Source: an uncultured Ignavibacteriales bacterium
GTDB lineage: Bacteria > Zixibacteria > MSB-5A5 > GN15 > FEB-12
Assembly (NCBI GenBank): GCA_964464605.1
Contig: CAYXJN010000001.1
Location: 255,068 to 319,067 of the forward strand
Direction: 5' to 3'
Length of the DNA: 64,000 bases
The position numbers were made by a program, and so were the translations under genes. The notes beneath the pieces were generated by a model. The model had not been told where the DNA came from. It did not search any database and saw only the letters and a list, made by a program, of their open reading frames with translations. This document shows, in pieces, positions 37,922-46,932 of this stretch. The stretch's first letter is position 1; each line of letters begins with the position of its first letter.

Positions 37922-39298
37922 ATGCATTGGATCGACTATTCGTTTCTTATTCTCTACATAGTAGCGTTGCTCTATTTAGGGTTTATCAAGCGTGCTCGTA
38001 AACAGGATTCGGCTGCTGAGTATATTCTCGGCAGCCGCACCCTTACGCTTCCGGCGTTTGTTGCATCGTTAGTTTCCACCTGGTACGGTGGTATTCTTGG
38101 TGTTGGCGAATACAGCTACAGCTACGGTATCTCCAACTGGTTAGTGTTTGGCGCTCCCTATTATGTCGCTGCGTTTCTGTTTGCATTATTTCTGGCCAAA
38201 CCGGCACGCGAAACAAAACTGCTTACGATTCCGGACCGCCTTGCCGAGATGTACGACAACAAAACCGCGGTAACGGGCGCGATAATCGTTTTTCTAATGA
38301 CCGTTCCTGCTGCCTATATCCTGATGCTCGGTGTACTCTGTGAGCAATTATTAGGATGGCCATACTGGATCGGTGTTATAGTGAGTACGTTCTTTTCGGT
38401 CGTCTATATCTACACCGGAGGATTTCGCGCGGTTGTATTTACCGACATACTTCAATTCGTGCTGATGTTTCTCGGGTTTATCGGTATGATAATTTATCTG
38501 GTATATAATTATGGTGGTTTATCGTTTCTAATTGAGCATGTTCCGGAAACGCATTTCACCTGGCATGGCGGCAACGCGCCGCTTTATATCGCGATCTGGT
38601 ATGTTATCGCGCTGGCTACATTGATTGAACCCGCGTTTTATCAGCGTTGCTACGCTGCCAAAACCCCATCAGTAGCGCGTCACGGAATCTTTTGGTCGAT
38701 AGCATTCTGGTGCTTCTTCGACTTTCTTACTACGTTCACCGGTCTGTACGCAAAAGCATTGATTCCTGATTTGGCACAGCCGGTTGCCTCCTATCCGGCT
38801 TTAGCCCAGCTAATTTTACCAGCCGGTCTGATGGGCTTATTCGCCCTTTCATTGTTTGTCACCGTGATGTCGACAGTCGATTCCTATGCGTTTATTTCCG
38901 CATCTACATTCAGCCATGACATTGTTGCCCGTTTGAAAAAGACACCATCGAATGTCACTCGAATGACACAGATCGGTCTTATTATCACAGTGGTTGTAGC
39001 CGTCGGGTTTGCGATTGCCTTTCGCTCCGCTATTGATCTTTGGCATCTTTTTGGATCAATTGCCACCCCTGCGCTGTTAGTGCCGGTTGTTTCGACATTT
39101 CTTGGCAGACGTCGTCTGTCTCCATTATTTGCTTTGCTGTCGATCATTTTTTCCGGTGCATTGTCTGGCGCATGGTATCTGTCGTCGCAATTCAATGCTG
39201 ACAGTAGCTATTGGTTCGGAATTGAGCCAGTGCTTCCGGGAATAGCGCTTTCATTGTTTTTCTACTTGTCCTTTGCAAAAAGGCTATCGGCCGTTTGA
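37922..39298 (+). CDS. Sodium:solute symporter family protein, probable thiamine/precursor uptake
   Basis: EYILGSR.L, SLVSTWYGG, TIPD.L, YTGGFRAVVFTD.LQF, YQRCYAA, MSTVDS. Confidence 0.88.
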   Translation: MHWIDYSFLILYIVALLYLGFIKRARKQDSAAEYILGSRTLTLPAFVASLVSTWYGGILGVGEYSYSYGISNWLVFGAPYYVAAFLFALFLAKPARETKLLTIPDRLAEMYDNKTAVTGAIIVFLMTVPAAYILMLGVLCEQLLGWPYWIGVIVSTFFSVVYIYTGGFRAVVFTDILQFVLMFLGFIGMIIYLVYNYGGLSFLIEHVPETHFTWHGGNAPLYIAIWYVIALATLIEPAFYQRCYAAKTPSVARHGIFWSIAFWCFFDFLTTFTGLYAKALIPDLAQPVASYPALAQLILPAGLMGLFALSLFVTVMSTVDSYAFISASTFSHDIVARLKKTPSNVTRMTQIGLIITVVVAVGFAIAFRSAIDLWHLFGSIATPALLVPVVSTFLGRRRLSPLFALLSIIFSGALSGAWYLSSQFNADSSYWFGIEPVLPGIALSLFFYLSFAKRLSAV

Positions 39299-39324
39299 CA
39301 GGGAGTACTGAAATGGTGTATATT
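39295..39324 (+). promoter_or_regulatory. sigma70-like promoter of greA (near-leaderless)
   Basis: TTGACA-N18-TATATT-N8-ATG(39333), no SD. Confidence 0.55.
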
Positions 39325-39332
39325 ATTCCTGT

Positions 39333-39809
39333 ATGAGTGAGCATGTTTACCTCTCCAAAGAAGGGCGTCTGAAGTTGGAAGCTGAGCTGAGAAGGCTCAA
39401 ATTCGAAGAACGCCCCCGGATTGTTGCCGAAATCAAACGCTCCCGCGAACTGGGTGATCTCTCGGAAAACGCCGAATACCATGCTGCCAAAGAGGCGCAG
39501 AAACATCTCGAACGGAAAATTGCCGAACTCGAAGATAAAATGTCCCGTATTTTCTCTGTTGATACCGATGCAATCCCGACCGACAAGGTTTACCTGTTCG
39601 CCAAGGTGAAAGTGAAAGATCACCGCAACGGTGAAGAGATTGTCTACACTATCGCACCGCCGGAAGAAACCGATGTTGACAACGATATTATCTCCGTCAA
39701 ATCCCCTATCGGCGCCGGTCTTTTAGGGAAAGCAGTCGGAGATGTTGTCGAAATCATTGTTCCTGCCGGCACCCTCAAATACGAAATCCTGAACATCTCT
39801 AGAGATTAG
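39333..39809 (+). CDS. greA: Transcription elongation factor GreA
   Basis: GDLSENAEYHAAKE, ISVKSPIGAGLLGK. Confidence 0.97.
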   Translation: MSEHVYLSKEGRLKLEAELRRLKFEERPRIVAEIKRSRELGDLSENAEYHAAKEAQKHLERKIAELEDKMSRIFSVDTDAIPTDKVYLFAKVKVKDHRNGEEIVYTIAPPEETDVDNDIISVKSPIGAGLLGKAVGDVVEIIVPAGTLKYEILNISRD

Positions 39810-39851
39810 CAGGCGTCGCCTGTTTTATGCGGGGCAAGCCCGCATCTATGT

Positions 39852-40421
39852 ATGAAAGCTAACCCACTAATCATAAGCACAACTAAATCACGGATTCTGC
39901 TTCGCCTGCCAAAGATGAGCGATGTGCCGGCTATCTTTAAACTCGTTCGTGACCCACTGGTATTCCGATATACTCATGTCCCGTACCCATATAAGCGAAA
40001 GCATGCGGTGATGTACGTCAATATGGCGGCAAAGCAGCTTCGAGAAAAAACCGGGTATATGTTGGTGATTATTGAAAAAGAAACCGAACAGCTTGTCGGT
40101 GCGGTTGGGTTGCATCAAGTAACACAGCTTCATAAAAAAGCGGAATTAGGATATTGGATTGGTAGACCATTTCGCGGTTTCGGTTATGCAACCGAGGCAT
40201 CCCGCTTATTAGTTGATTACGGATTCACGAAACTGAGATTGAAACGAATCTATGCATACGCTATGACGCACAACCCAAATTCGCATCATGTCTTGAAAAA
40301 ATGCGGATTTATCAAAGAAGGGTTATTGCGGGATTATGTTAAGCATCAAGGGCGCTGGCGTGATGTGTATGCGTATGCCATTTTGAAAAATGAGTGGGAA
40401 AACAAAAGGTCAAAGCTATAA
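39852..40421 (+). CDS. GNAT N-acetyltransferase, RimJ/RimL family
   Basis: AELGYWIG..FRGFGYATEA, N..S..VLKKCGF..EG.LR. Confidence 0.9.
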   Translation: MKANPLIISTTKSRILLRLPKMSDVPAIFKLVRDPLVFRYTHVPYPYKRKHAVMYVNMAAKQLREKTGYMLVIIEKETEQLVGAVGLHQVTQLHKKAELGYWIGRPFRGFGYATEASRLLVDYGFTKLRLKRIYAYAMTHNPNSHHVLKKCGFIKEGLLRDYVKHQGRWRDVYAYAILKNEWENKRSKL

Positions 40422-40479
40422 GCTCTGACCTAAAAATAATTTTCGTTAAGCACCGCGAAGCACAAAAGTGACAAGGTCG

Positions 40480-42915
40480 CTATATTCTGATTAAATACTG
40501 GAATTTCGCAAAAAACTGACGCTGCGATAGCTGAGTTTCCGTTTTGTTCAATTCATATTCCGTACTCAGTCCTTCATTGTACGTACCCGGGCTATACCGA
40601 TTGTATTTCGTGTTTACACCCAGATAGAAAACGGTAAACGGATTGATCTTGTAAGAAAACAGCGGCTCAACGTCGAATCGTTCAGAGAAATCATTGTATT
40701 GTAACACTACGCGCAAATTCATTTCCCGCGTGAATTGATACGTGATCTTGCTGCGCAGGATATATCCTTTATATACATTTTTCGCTGAGTCGGGATTTGC
40801 CTGCATATAATCATCCCGGTGATCCAGTTTTGCGTAATTGAAGCTCGGTGAGATGAACAACTGCTGCGTTGGTCTAAAGTTAATCGATCCGCCGGCGTTA
40901 GTCTGGTTCCCTAATTCCGGATTCAACCGGTCCCGATAAATACCGGTCCCCACATTTATCCATGCGCCGAATCCGATTGTTTTGAACGGGCGGGTGTTGA
41001 GTTCAAAGTATCCCCGGCGAATGTAGGTGAAAAATTCACGGTCAATACCGAATCGTTCGCAGCTGAACAATACTTCGGAGTAAAAAGTCGTTTGCCCTTT
41101 GAATTCCAAAAACAGCCCGGGCCGCACCCATTCGTCTTTGACTCCCGTATGGCGGTCAGAGATCGTGAACTGTGCCTCATGGTTCCAGATGCGGCCAAGA
41201 CTTACACTCGGTTCGATATTCAATAGCCACCCTTTATTCGGGCGCATAAACCACCCTGTCCATAAATACATCGCGCGATACCCTGCCTGCGTAACAAATC
41301 CATTGTCTGCGCGGAAAGTCGGCGTATAGTCTTCGAAGTCATAATCGAAATTCCACGTCTTACCGCTGCGTTCAAGTGAAAAGTAGGTTGCTTCCCCCCA
41401 GTAGTTTTCTCCATCAAGGGCAACCGTGTTCGAGGCATGATTGAATGTGCTTTGTGCGATTCCGTCGCTGACGGTTGTATCAATCCAGTCCGGTGCAACT
41501 GGCTCCTGTGTATAGCTTCCTAAAGTTTGCAATTCAATATGCCAGCGCTTGTGAAAGCGAATTTTAGTATCGATACCAAATGTTGACCCCGATCCTCCGG
41601 TGAACTCAGTAGAGCCACCGTCCGGTTTGTAATCTGCCAATTGTCTGTTGGTAGCTAAAATACCGAAATGGGAATCTGATCCGAATGAACGTTTAGCGCG
41701 GAAAATGTTACTGAGCGATTTTCCATATAAATCCTGAACACTCTGCTCAAACAGCGGCACGGTAACCGGACTGTTTTCATCATACCCTACTAAGTAAGCG
41801 GCACACCAACGACCAAACTGACCCGTCAGTTTTGCGGCTACCATCGGATCGTTGATCGTTCGTGTATATACACCACTCACCCAGGTATTGAACATTTCGC
41901 TCCCCTCTTGGAAAAACGGGCGGCGTTCCGTGTAGTACAAACCGAATGTGGAGTTAACATCGACCTGTGCAGCATCAGATTCAATCTGGCTGAAATCCGG
42001 ATTGAGAGTGATTTCGGCTGAGGAGTTTGACGTTATCCCATACCGGGCATTCAGCGACCCCTCTGCATCGATGTCATTATTATTAAATTCTGAACGCGGA
42101 TCATCGATATCATTCAACGATCCGGATTGAAAGCTGAGTAAGGACGGAATAATGTCGATATTGCTGCTTGGTTTAATTCCTTTGATGCCGGTGAGATATC
42201 CAAAGTGACACATCCAGCAGGGATTTCCCCGTTCCTGCGCGGTCCAGGCAAATTTGCGGCGAATGTTTCGCTGTTGGTCACGCCAAAATTGTATGCGCCA
42301 TGTTTGCTCTTCCGTATTCGGAAACCGGAGTGAACTGAACGGTATAGCAAACTCGATCTGATACCCGCTATCGGTAACTTTACCTTCGGTATAATAGACG
42401 ATATCGAACGTTTCATCTTCGTTCCCTTCGGCTGTCATCCGCAAATCCCCCTGAATGCCGATCGGATTGGCGAACAACTCATATCCCCACGGGATATCAC
42501 TGTACGTACTGATCATCACCCCGAAATAATCATCCTGAAAAATGTTGTCCCGTTCACGGAGTGCAACGCGCACCTGTTTGGGATCATCGTATGCGATTAG
42601 CGCAACATAGAGATTGGATTCATCATAGGTAATCAGCGCTGCCGATTGTAATCCCGGCGTGACCTGATCTCCCGGGTTCGTTTCGACAAAATTATCTGCG
42701 CGAGTGGCGTTTTTCCAGCCGGAGTCATTCAGGTCACCGTCAATTTTAATTTCCCCTTGAATCGGTGAGGTATTCAGTGTGCGATGAAATTTCGCTTTCC
42801 ATGCCGCAGTAGTGTCACGTGCGGTGTCGGCAAATGAAAGTGAAAATGAGGTGGCGGTGAGGATAGCAAAAAGCAAAAGAGCCGGGGTGTTGATGGGACG
42901 ATATACGAAATTCAC
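40480..42915 (-). CDS. CBM9-like sugar-binding domain + DUF5916-like outer-membrane barrel protein
   Basis: IKIDGDLNDSGW, YDESNLYV, EFAIPFSSLRF, TLNPDFSQIESD, ERRPFFQEG, C-terminal FAKFQYLIRI; GTG start chosen from SD. Confidence 0.8.
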   Translation of the reverse strand: MNFVYRPINTPALLLFAILTATSFSLSFADTARDTTAAWKAKFHRTLNTSPIQGEIKIDGDLNDSGWKNATRADNFVETNPGDQVTPGLQSAALITYDESNLYVALIAYDDPKQVRVALRERDNIFQDDYFGVMISTYSDIPWGYELFANPIGIQGDLRMTAEGNEDETFDIVYYTEGKVTDSGYQIEFAIPFSSLRFPNTEEQTWRIQFWRDQQRNIRRKFAWTAQERGNPCWMCHFGYLTGIKGIKPSSNIDIIPSLLSFQSGSLNDIDDPRSEFNNNDIDAEGSLNARYGITSNSSAEITLNPDFSQIESDAAQVDVNSTFGLYYTERRPFFQEGSEMFNTWVSGVYTRTINDPMVAAKLTGQFGRWCAAYLVGYDENSPVTVPLFEQSVQDLYGKSLSNIFRAKRSFGSDSHFGILATNRQLADYKPDGGSTEFTGGSGSTFGIDTKIRFHKRWHIELQTLGSYTQEPVAPDWIDTTVSDGIAQSTFNHASNTVALDGENYWGEATYFSLERSGKTWNFDYDFEDYTPTFRADNGFVTQAGYRAMYLWTGWFMRPNKGWLLNIEPSVSLGRIWNHEAQFTISDRHTGVKDEWVRPGLFLEFKGQTTFYSEVLFSCERFGIDREFFTYIRRGYFELNTRPFKTIGFGAWINVGTGIYRDRLNPELGNQTNAGGSINFRPTQQLFISPSFNYAKLDHRDDYMQANPDSAKNVYKGYILRSKITYQFTREMNLRVVLQYNDFSERFDVEPLFSYKINPFTVFYLGVNTKYNRYSPGTYNEGLSTEYELNKTETQLSQRQFFAKFQYLIRI

Positions 42916-43035
42916 TGCGTGCCTTCTTCCTTTCAGGTATCGTCGTTCTTCACATGACACCCATAGCCGTCTCGAGGCACAAGTCGGCGAAGCGCGGCGA
43001 GAGTAACGTCGCGCCGTTGGTGTGCGTGATATAAT

Positions 43036-43060
43036 TACGACGGATTATGAGCTAAGTTTC
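43036..43060 (-). promoter_or_regulatory. ECF (SigW-like) promoter for the DUF5916-like gene
   Basis: GAAAC-N16-CGTA on the minus strand, just past the STAS terminator. Confidence 0.45.
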
Positions 43061-43084
43061 GGACGGAGCTAAAAAACAATAAAG

Positions 43085-43108
43085 AAAAAGGGCCGGAAGC
43101 GGCCCTTT
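43085..43108 (-). terminator. Intrinsic terminator of the STAS gene
   Basis: Minus strand AAAGGGCCG cttc CGGCCCTTTTT. Confidence 0.75.
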
Positions 43109-43130
43109 GATAATCAATTATGACTAACGG

Positions 43131-43466
43131 TCAGGAGAGGGCTTTGATCGCCGCTTCACGGGTTTCGTAATGTTCGAACACCGACACCAAGCGGGTGATA
43201 ACGAGTATCTGCTCGATCTTGGCAATGTTCGCCAGTACCAACCGACCGCCGGAGTTTTTCACCGTGGTCAGCGATGAAATAAGCATGCCCAAACCAACTG
43301 AGTTCATCCAGTCAACTCTGGTCAAATCGATAACGAATTTCTTTTTATTGAGTTGGATATACTCATGGATTTTTCCGTGAAACATGGTGGTTTCATCACC
43401 GCCCATAATTTTGCCGGAAACAGTCAGCACAACAATATCACCAGTCAATTCATCTTCAAACTTCAT
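43131..43466 (-). CDS. STAS-domain anti-sigma factor antagonist
   Basis: VIDLTRVDWMNSVGLGMLI, GGRLVLAN, ITRL..VF. Confidence 0.92.
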   Translation of the reverse strand: MKFEDELTGDIVVLTVSGKIMGGDETTMFHGKIHEYIQLNKKKFVIDLTRVDWMNSVGLGMLISSLTTVKNSGGRLVLANIAKIEQILVITRLVSVFEHYETREAAIKALS

Positions 43467-43624
43467 AAAGGCACCTTTACCTGTAAATCTTCGTATGTTC
43501 CGTTTTCACGTGAGGTTACGACCCGCCGGGGCGAATCACCCGGACAAAGGAACATAATCCGCCAGACTGAGGCAAGGGGTATTTTGGCGACGTATTCTGC
43601 TGACTGTTAAAGGCTTTCCAGCGT

Positions 43625-44737
43625 TTACTCGCCGTCAAAATCCCCGCCTCGGCCGCTCACCGCGCCCGGGGTCGTGTTGATTTTTTCTTTTACCTTCTCG
43701 AAAATCTCCTGCATCAACTGCGGATTCTGTTCCAACGCGGTCTTGGCGTTTTCCCGTCCTTGACCGAGCCGGTCACCATTATAGGCGAACCAACTGCCTG
43801 ATTTATCGATAATGCCATTAGCCGAAGCTATATCTACCAACTCGCCGGAGCGGGAAATTCCTTTGCCGTAGATAATGTCGAATTCAGCCTCACGGAACGG
43901 TGGCGCCACTTTGTTTTTTACGACGCGAACGCGGGTACGCGAACCAATGACATCCTGATTTTCTTTAATCGATGCAATCTTCCGAATATCGAGCCGCAGC
44001 GATGAATAAAACTTCAGCGCGTTACCGCCGGTAGTCGTTTCCGGATTGCCGAACATAACGCCGATCTTCATGCGAATCTGATTGATGAAAATAACGATCG
44101 TATTCGACTTTGAAATGATAGCCGTCAATTTACGAAGCGCCTGCGACATCAACCGTGCCTGCAGACCCATATGACTGTCCCCCATATCCCCTTCGATTTC
44201 GGATTTGGGAGTAAGCGCCGCAACTGAGTCGACCACCACAATATCAACCGCGCCGGAACGAACCAATGTCTCGGTAATTTCGAGCGCCTGTTCGCCGGTA
44301 TCCGGCTGGGAAATGAGCAGATTATCGACATCAACACCGAGGTTGCGTGCGTAATTTGGATCAAGCGCATGTTCGGCATCAATGAACGCCGCAACGCCAC
44401 CTTTTTTCTGAGCTTCGGCAATAATATGGAGCGTGAGCGTTGTTTTACCCGATGATTCCGGGCCGAAGATTTCCGTCACGCGGCCGCGTGGAATTCCCCA
44501 TACACCCAAGGCATGATCGACTCCGATTGAGCCGGTCGGGATAACTTCGAGCTCCTGCACGGTACCATCACCAAGCCGCATGATCGATCCTTTGCCGAAC
44601 GACCGCTCGATTTGGGTTAAAGCAGCTTCCAATGCCTTGCGTTTATCAGGGGTAGCGGTCCCAGATGCCATTTCCGCTTTTCCTTTCTTCAATTCAATCT
44701 TCTTTTCGCTCATCTCGGTAACTGTTGCTGTGGCCAT
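43625..44737 (-). CDS. recA: Recombinase RecA with short N-terminal extension
   Basis: [63 protein letters not shown] 6 nt before ATG 44737. Confidence 0.98.
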   Translation of the reverse strand: MATATVTEMSEKKIELKKGKAEMASGTATPDKRKALEAALTQIERSFGKGSIMRLGDGTVQELEVIPTGSIGVDHALGVWGIPRGRVTEIFGPESSGKTTLTLHIIAEAQKKGGVAAFIDAEHALDPNYARNLGVDVDNLLISQPDTGEQALEITETLVRSGAVDIVVVDSVAALTPKSEIEGDMGDSHMGLQARLMSQALRKLTAIISKSNTIVIFINQIRMKIGVMFGNPETTTGGNALKFYSSLRLDIRKIASIKENQDVIGSRTRVRVVKNKVAPPFREAEFDIIYGKGISRSGELVDIASANGIIDKSGSWFAYNGDRLGQGRENAKTALEQNPQLMQEIFEKVKEKINTTPGAVSGRGGDFDGE

Positions 44738-44842
44738 CGCCAACCTCCTGAATATATGATATTTGTCGTGTTCACAAAGCTATCTATATGCTGCATGACT
44801 GACAGATAAGGTCATTATTATGCGATCGAGAATCACATTTTG

Positions 44843-44856
44843 TGAACAAACGTTCA
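44843..44856. promoter_or_regulatory. Putative LexA (SOS) box, GAAC-N4-GTTC type
   Basis: TGAAC AAAC GTTCA about 105 nt upstream of recA. Confidence 0.55.
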
Positions 44857-44961
44857 TCTATCCGATAATGACAGTTAAAACGATGTTGGATAACAAGATA
44901 ACAAATTCTTTGTCGACATCTTTTTTAATTGCGATGCCGATGTTAATTTGTGGGAGGTCAT

Positions 44962-45471
44962 ATGCTCAAGATAGATCAGGCAGAAACAGAAGAACAGTTC
45001 CAGCAGGTTCGTGAACTGATGGCGGAGTACATCGCGTGGGATGCCGAGCAAACGGCAAAACTTGGTTTGGATGCGCAGACCTTTTTAGATTTCTATCACG
45101 GCGCAGAAGAGGAAAAACTTCCCGGTAAATTCACACCACCCGCTGGCTGTTTGTTGTTAGCTACTTACGATGGAAAGGCAGCGGGGTGCGGCGCGTTCCA
45201 ACCGATTGATGATCAGTCATGTGAAATGAAACGGATGTATGTGCGTCCTGAATTTCGCGGGAAGAGTATCGGGAAAAAGATGGCGGATATGCTTATTGCA
45301 ACCGCCAAAACCTCCGGCTACAAAACGATGCGATTAGAAACGGTGAGCTTCATGCAAGGCGCGCATGCGCTATACGCATCTTTAGGCTTTTCACCGTGCG
45401 ACCCCTACTACGCCATCCCACCCATCTTCCGTGAGATAACGAGTTTTATGGAGTTGGAGCTAGCGAAATAG
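44962..45471 (+). CDS. GNAT N-acetyltransferase
   Basis: CEMKRMYVRPEFRGKSIG, MRLET, A..LY.SLGF; GGAGG SD. Confidence 0.9.
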   Translation: MLKIDQAETEEQFQQVRELMAEYIAWDAEQTAKLGLDAQTFLDFYHGAEEEKLPGKFTPPAGCLLLATYDGKAAGCGAFQPIDDQSCEMKRMYVRPEFRGKSIGKKMADMLIATAKTSGYKTMRLETVSFMQGAHALYASLGFSPCDPYYAIPPIFREITSFMELELAK

Positions 45472-45542
45472 CGTCATACTTCTTCGGTGTCCCGCCTAAC
45501 GGGTGAGTTTTCTTTTATCGAATAGACGTTATATTAACAAAT

Positions 45543-46844
45543 ATGAAACAAGGGGATTTTGATAAACAGTATTTTCAACTAAAAGGGAAAAAGGCAGAGG
45601 ATGCTATCAATGAGTTAGCATCTAAATCTTTCCTCCGGGAATGGTGTTACCCCAATCCTAAGAAACATGATGGTAAAGAGATTTGCGATCTGTTGATTTG
45701 GTTTGATGACACTGTAATAATAATGCAAGTTAAGGATATCAAATTCAAAGAAGGCAAAGAGGGAAGCTATACCAAGAAAGCATTCGAAGAGCCAATTACC
45801 CAACTTCTTGGTGCAGAGAGATATCTTTTTAAAGTCGGCAAAGATATCAAACTCACTAATATTTATGGTCATACTGCAAAGTTCGAACCAAACACTATAG
45901 ATAAAATTCATCGCTTAGTCATAAGTGTAGGTGATGGCGAAATACCATTCGATCCATTTAGAAAAGAAAAGGAAAAATATATACACGTATTCGACAGAGC
46001 AATTGTCACCTTCATGAACGAACTAGACACAATACCCGACTTTTGCGATTACCTTCAAAAAAAAGAGGAATTGCTATCGTCGTCGAAAACACCCCAAATC
46101 GTGCTTAGCAGTGAAACGGATCTACTTGCAGAGTTTATTGATAGCGACCGTAGTTTTAAACGGTTAAGCTCTTTAGACTATGTAACTTTTGATGACAATG
46201 TTTGGGACGGCGTATCGAACAGCGATTGGTATCAGTCCAAGAAAGAAGCTGATCCCATAAGTTATTTTTGGGACCATTTGATCGATATCGCCCATACTTG
46301 TCCTGAGTCCGAATATCGAGAAGTGGCTAAGGAACTATCAAGATTAGATAGATTCGATCGCCGCGCAGCCTCACAGTTTTTTCTTAATGCACATACTAAA
46401 GCGCTTGAGAATAAACGAGCTCTTCGACGAATATTTCCAATGAAGCAGGCCGTATATGTTTTCGTATTTTCGCCTTACGAAATGGAAAGAGGCTATCGAA
46501 AAGCGCAGTTGGGTGCTGCATGTTATATTGTCAGAGACAAATATAATGATGGAAGGAAAATTATCGGGATTGCCACTGAAACAGGCACAAATGCTCTCCG
46601 TTCCTATGATTTCTGTTTACTGGATGTTGCCGAATGGACAGAGGAAAATAGGAAAATAGCACAGGAAGCGAAGGAAAGATTCTCCCTTTTCAAGAATACA
46701 GAATATCATCATGCAACTGTGGAGGAGTATCCTTCCCAATACCGACGTCCCGACTCTATGCTGAAGAAAGTGAAAAAGGTTGGTCGTAATGACCCGTGCC
46801 CTTGTGGTAGCGGGAAGAAGTATAAGAAGTGTCACGGTGCGTAG
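45543..46844 (+). CDS. NERD-like PD-(D/E)xK nuclease-domain protein with C-terminal SEC-C motif
   Basis: G..AE...(gap)..[20 protein letters not shown] resembles the NERD E..D..(E/Q)xK core; C-terminus [23 protein letters not shown]-rich. Confidence 0.7.
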   Translation: MKQGDFDKQYFQLKGKKAEDAINELASKSFLREWCYPNPKKHDGKEICDLLIWFDDTVIIMQVKDIKFKEGKEGSYTKKAFEEPITQLLGAERYLFKVGKDIKLTNIYGHTAKFEPNTIDKIHRLVISVGDGEIPFDPFRKEKEKYIHVFDRAIVTFMNELDTIPDFCDYLQKKEELLSSSKTPQIVLSSETDLLAEFIDSDRSFKRLSSLDYVTFDDNVWDGVSNSDWYQSKKEADPISYFWDHLIDIAHTCPESEYREVAKELSRLDRFDRRAASQFFLNAHTKALENKRALRRIFPMKQAVYVFVFSPYEMERGYRKAQLGAACYIVRDKYNDGRKIIGIATETGTNALRSYDFCLLDVAEWTEENRKIAQEAKERFSLFKNTEYHHATVEEYPSQYRRPDSMLKKVKKVGRNDPCPCGSGKKYKKCHGA

Positions 46845-46932
46845 TTTGCCTCCATCACATTCTCCCCCAAATCCCGCTTTCCTGCCGTCCGATCTCGCTG
46901 TTTATTGGTTATATACTGTATAGGTATAAGCC

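Noticed and set aside
46780..46841. SEC-C motif suggesting secA
   Set aside because: The protein is 433 aa with no SecA ATPase motifs; only the zinc-binding tail is shared
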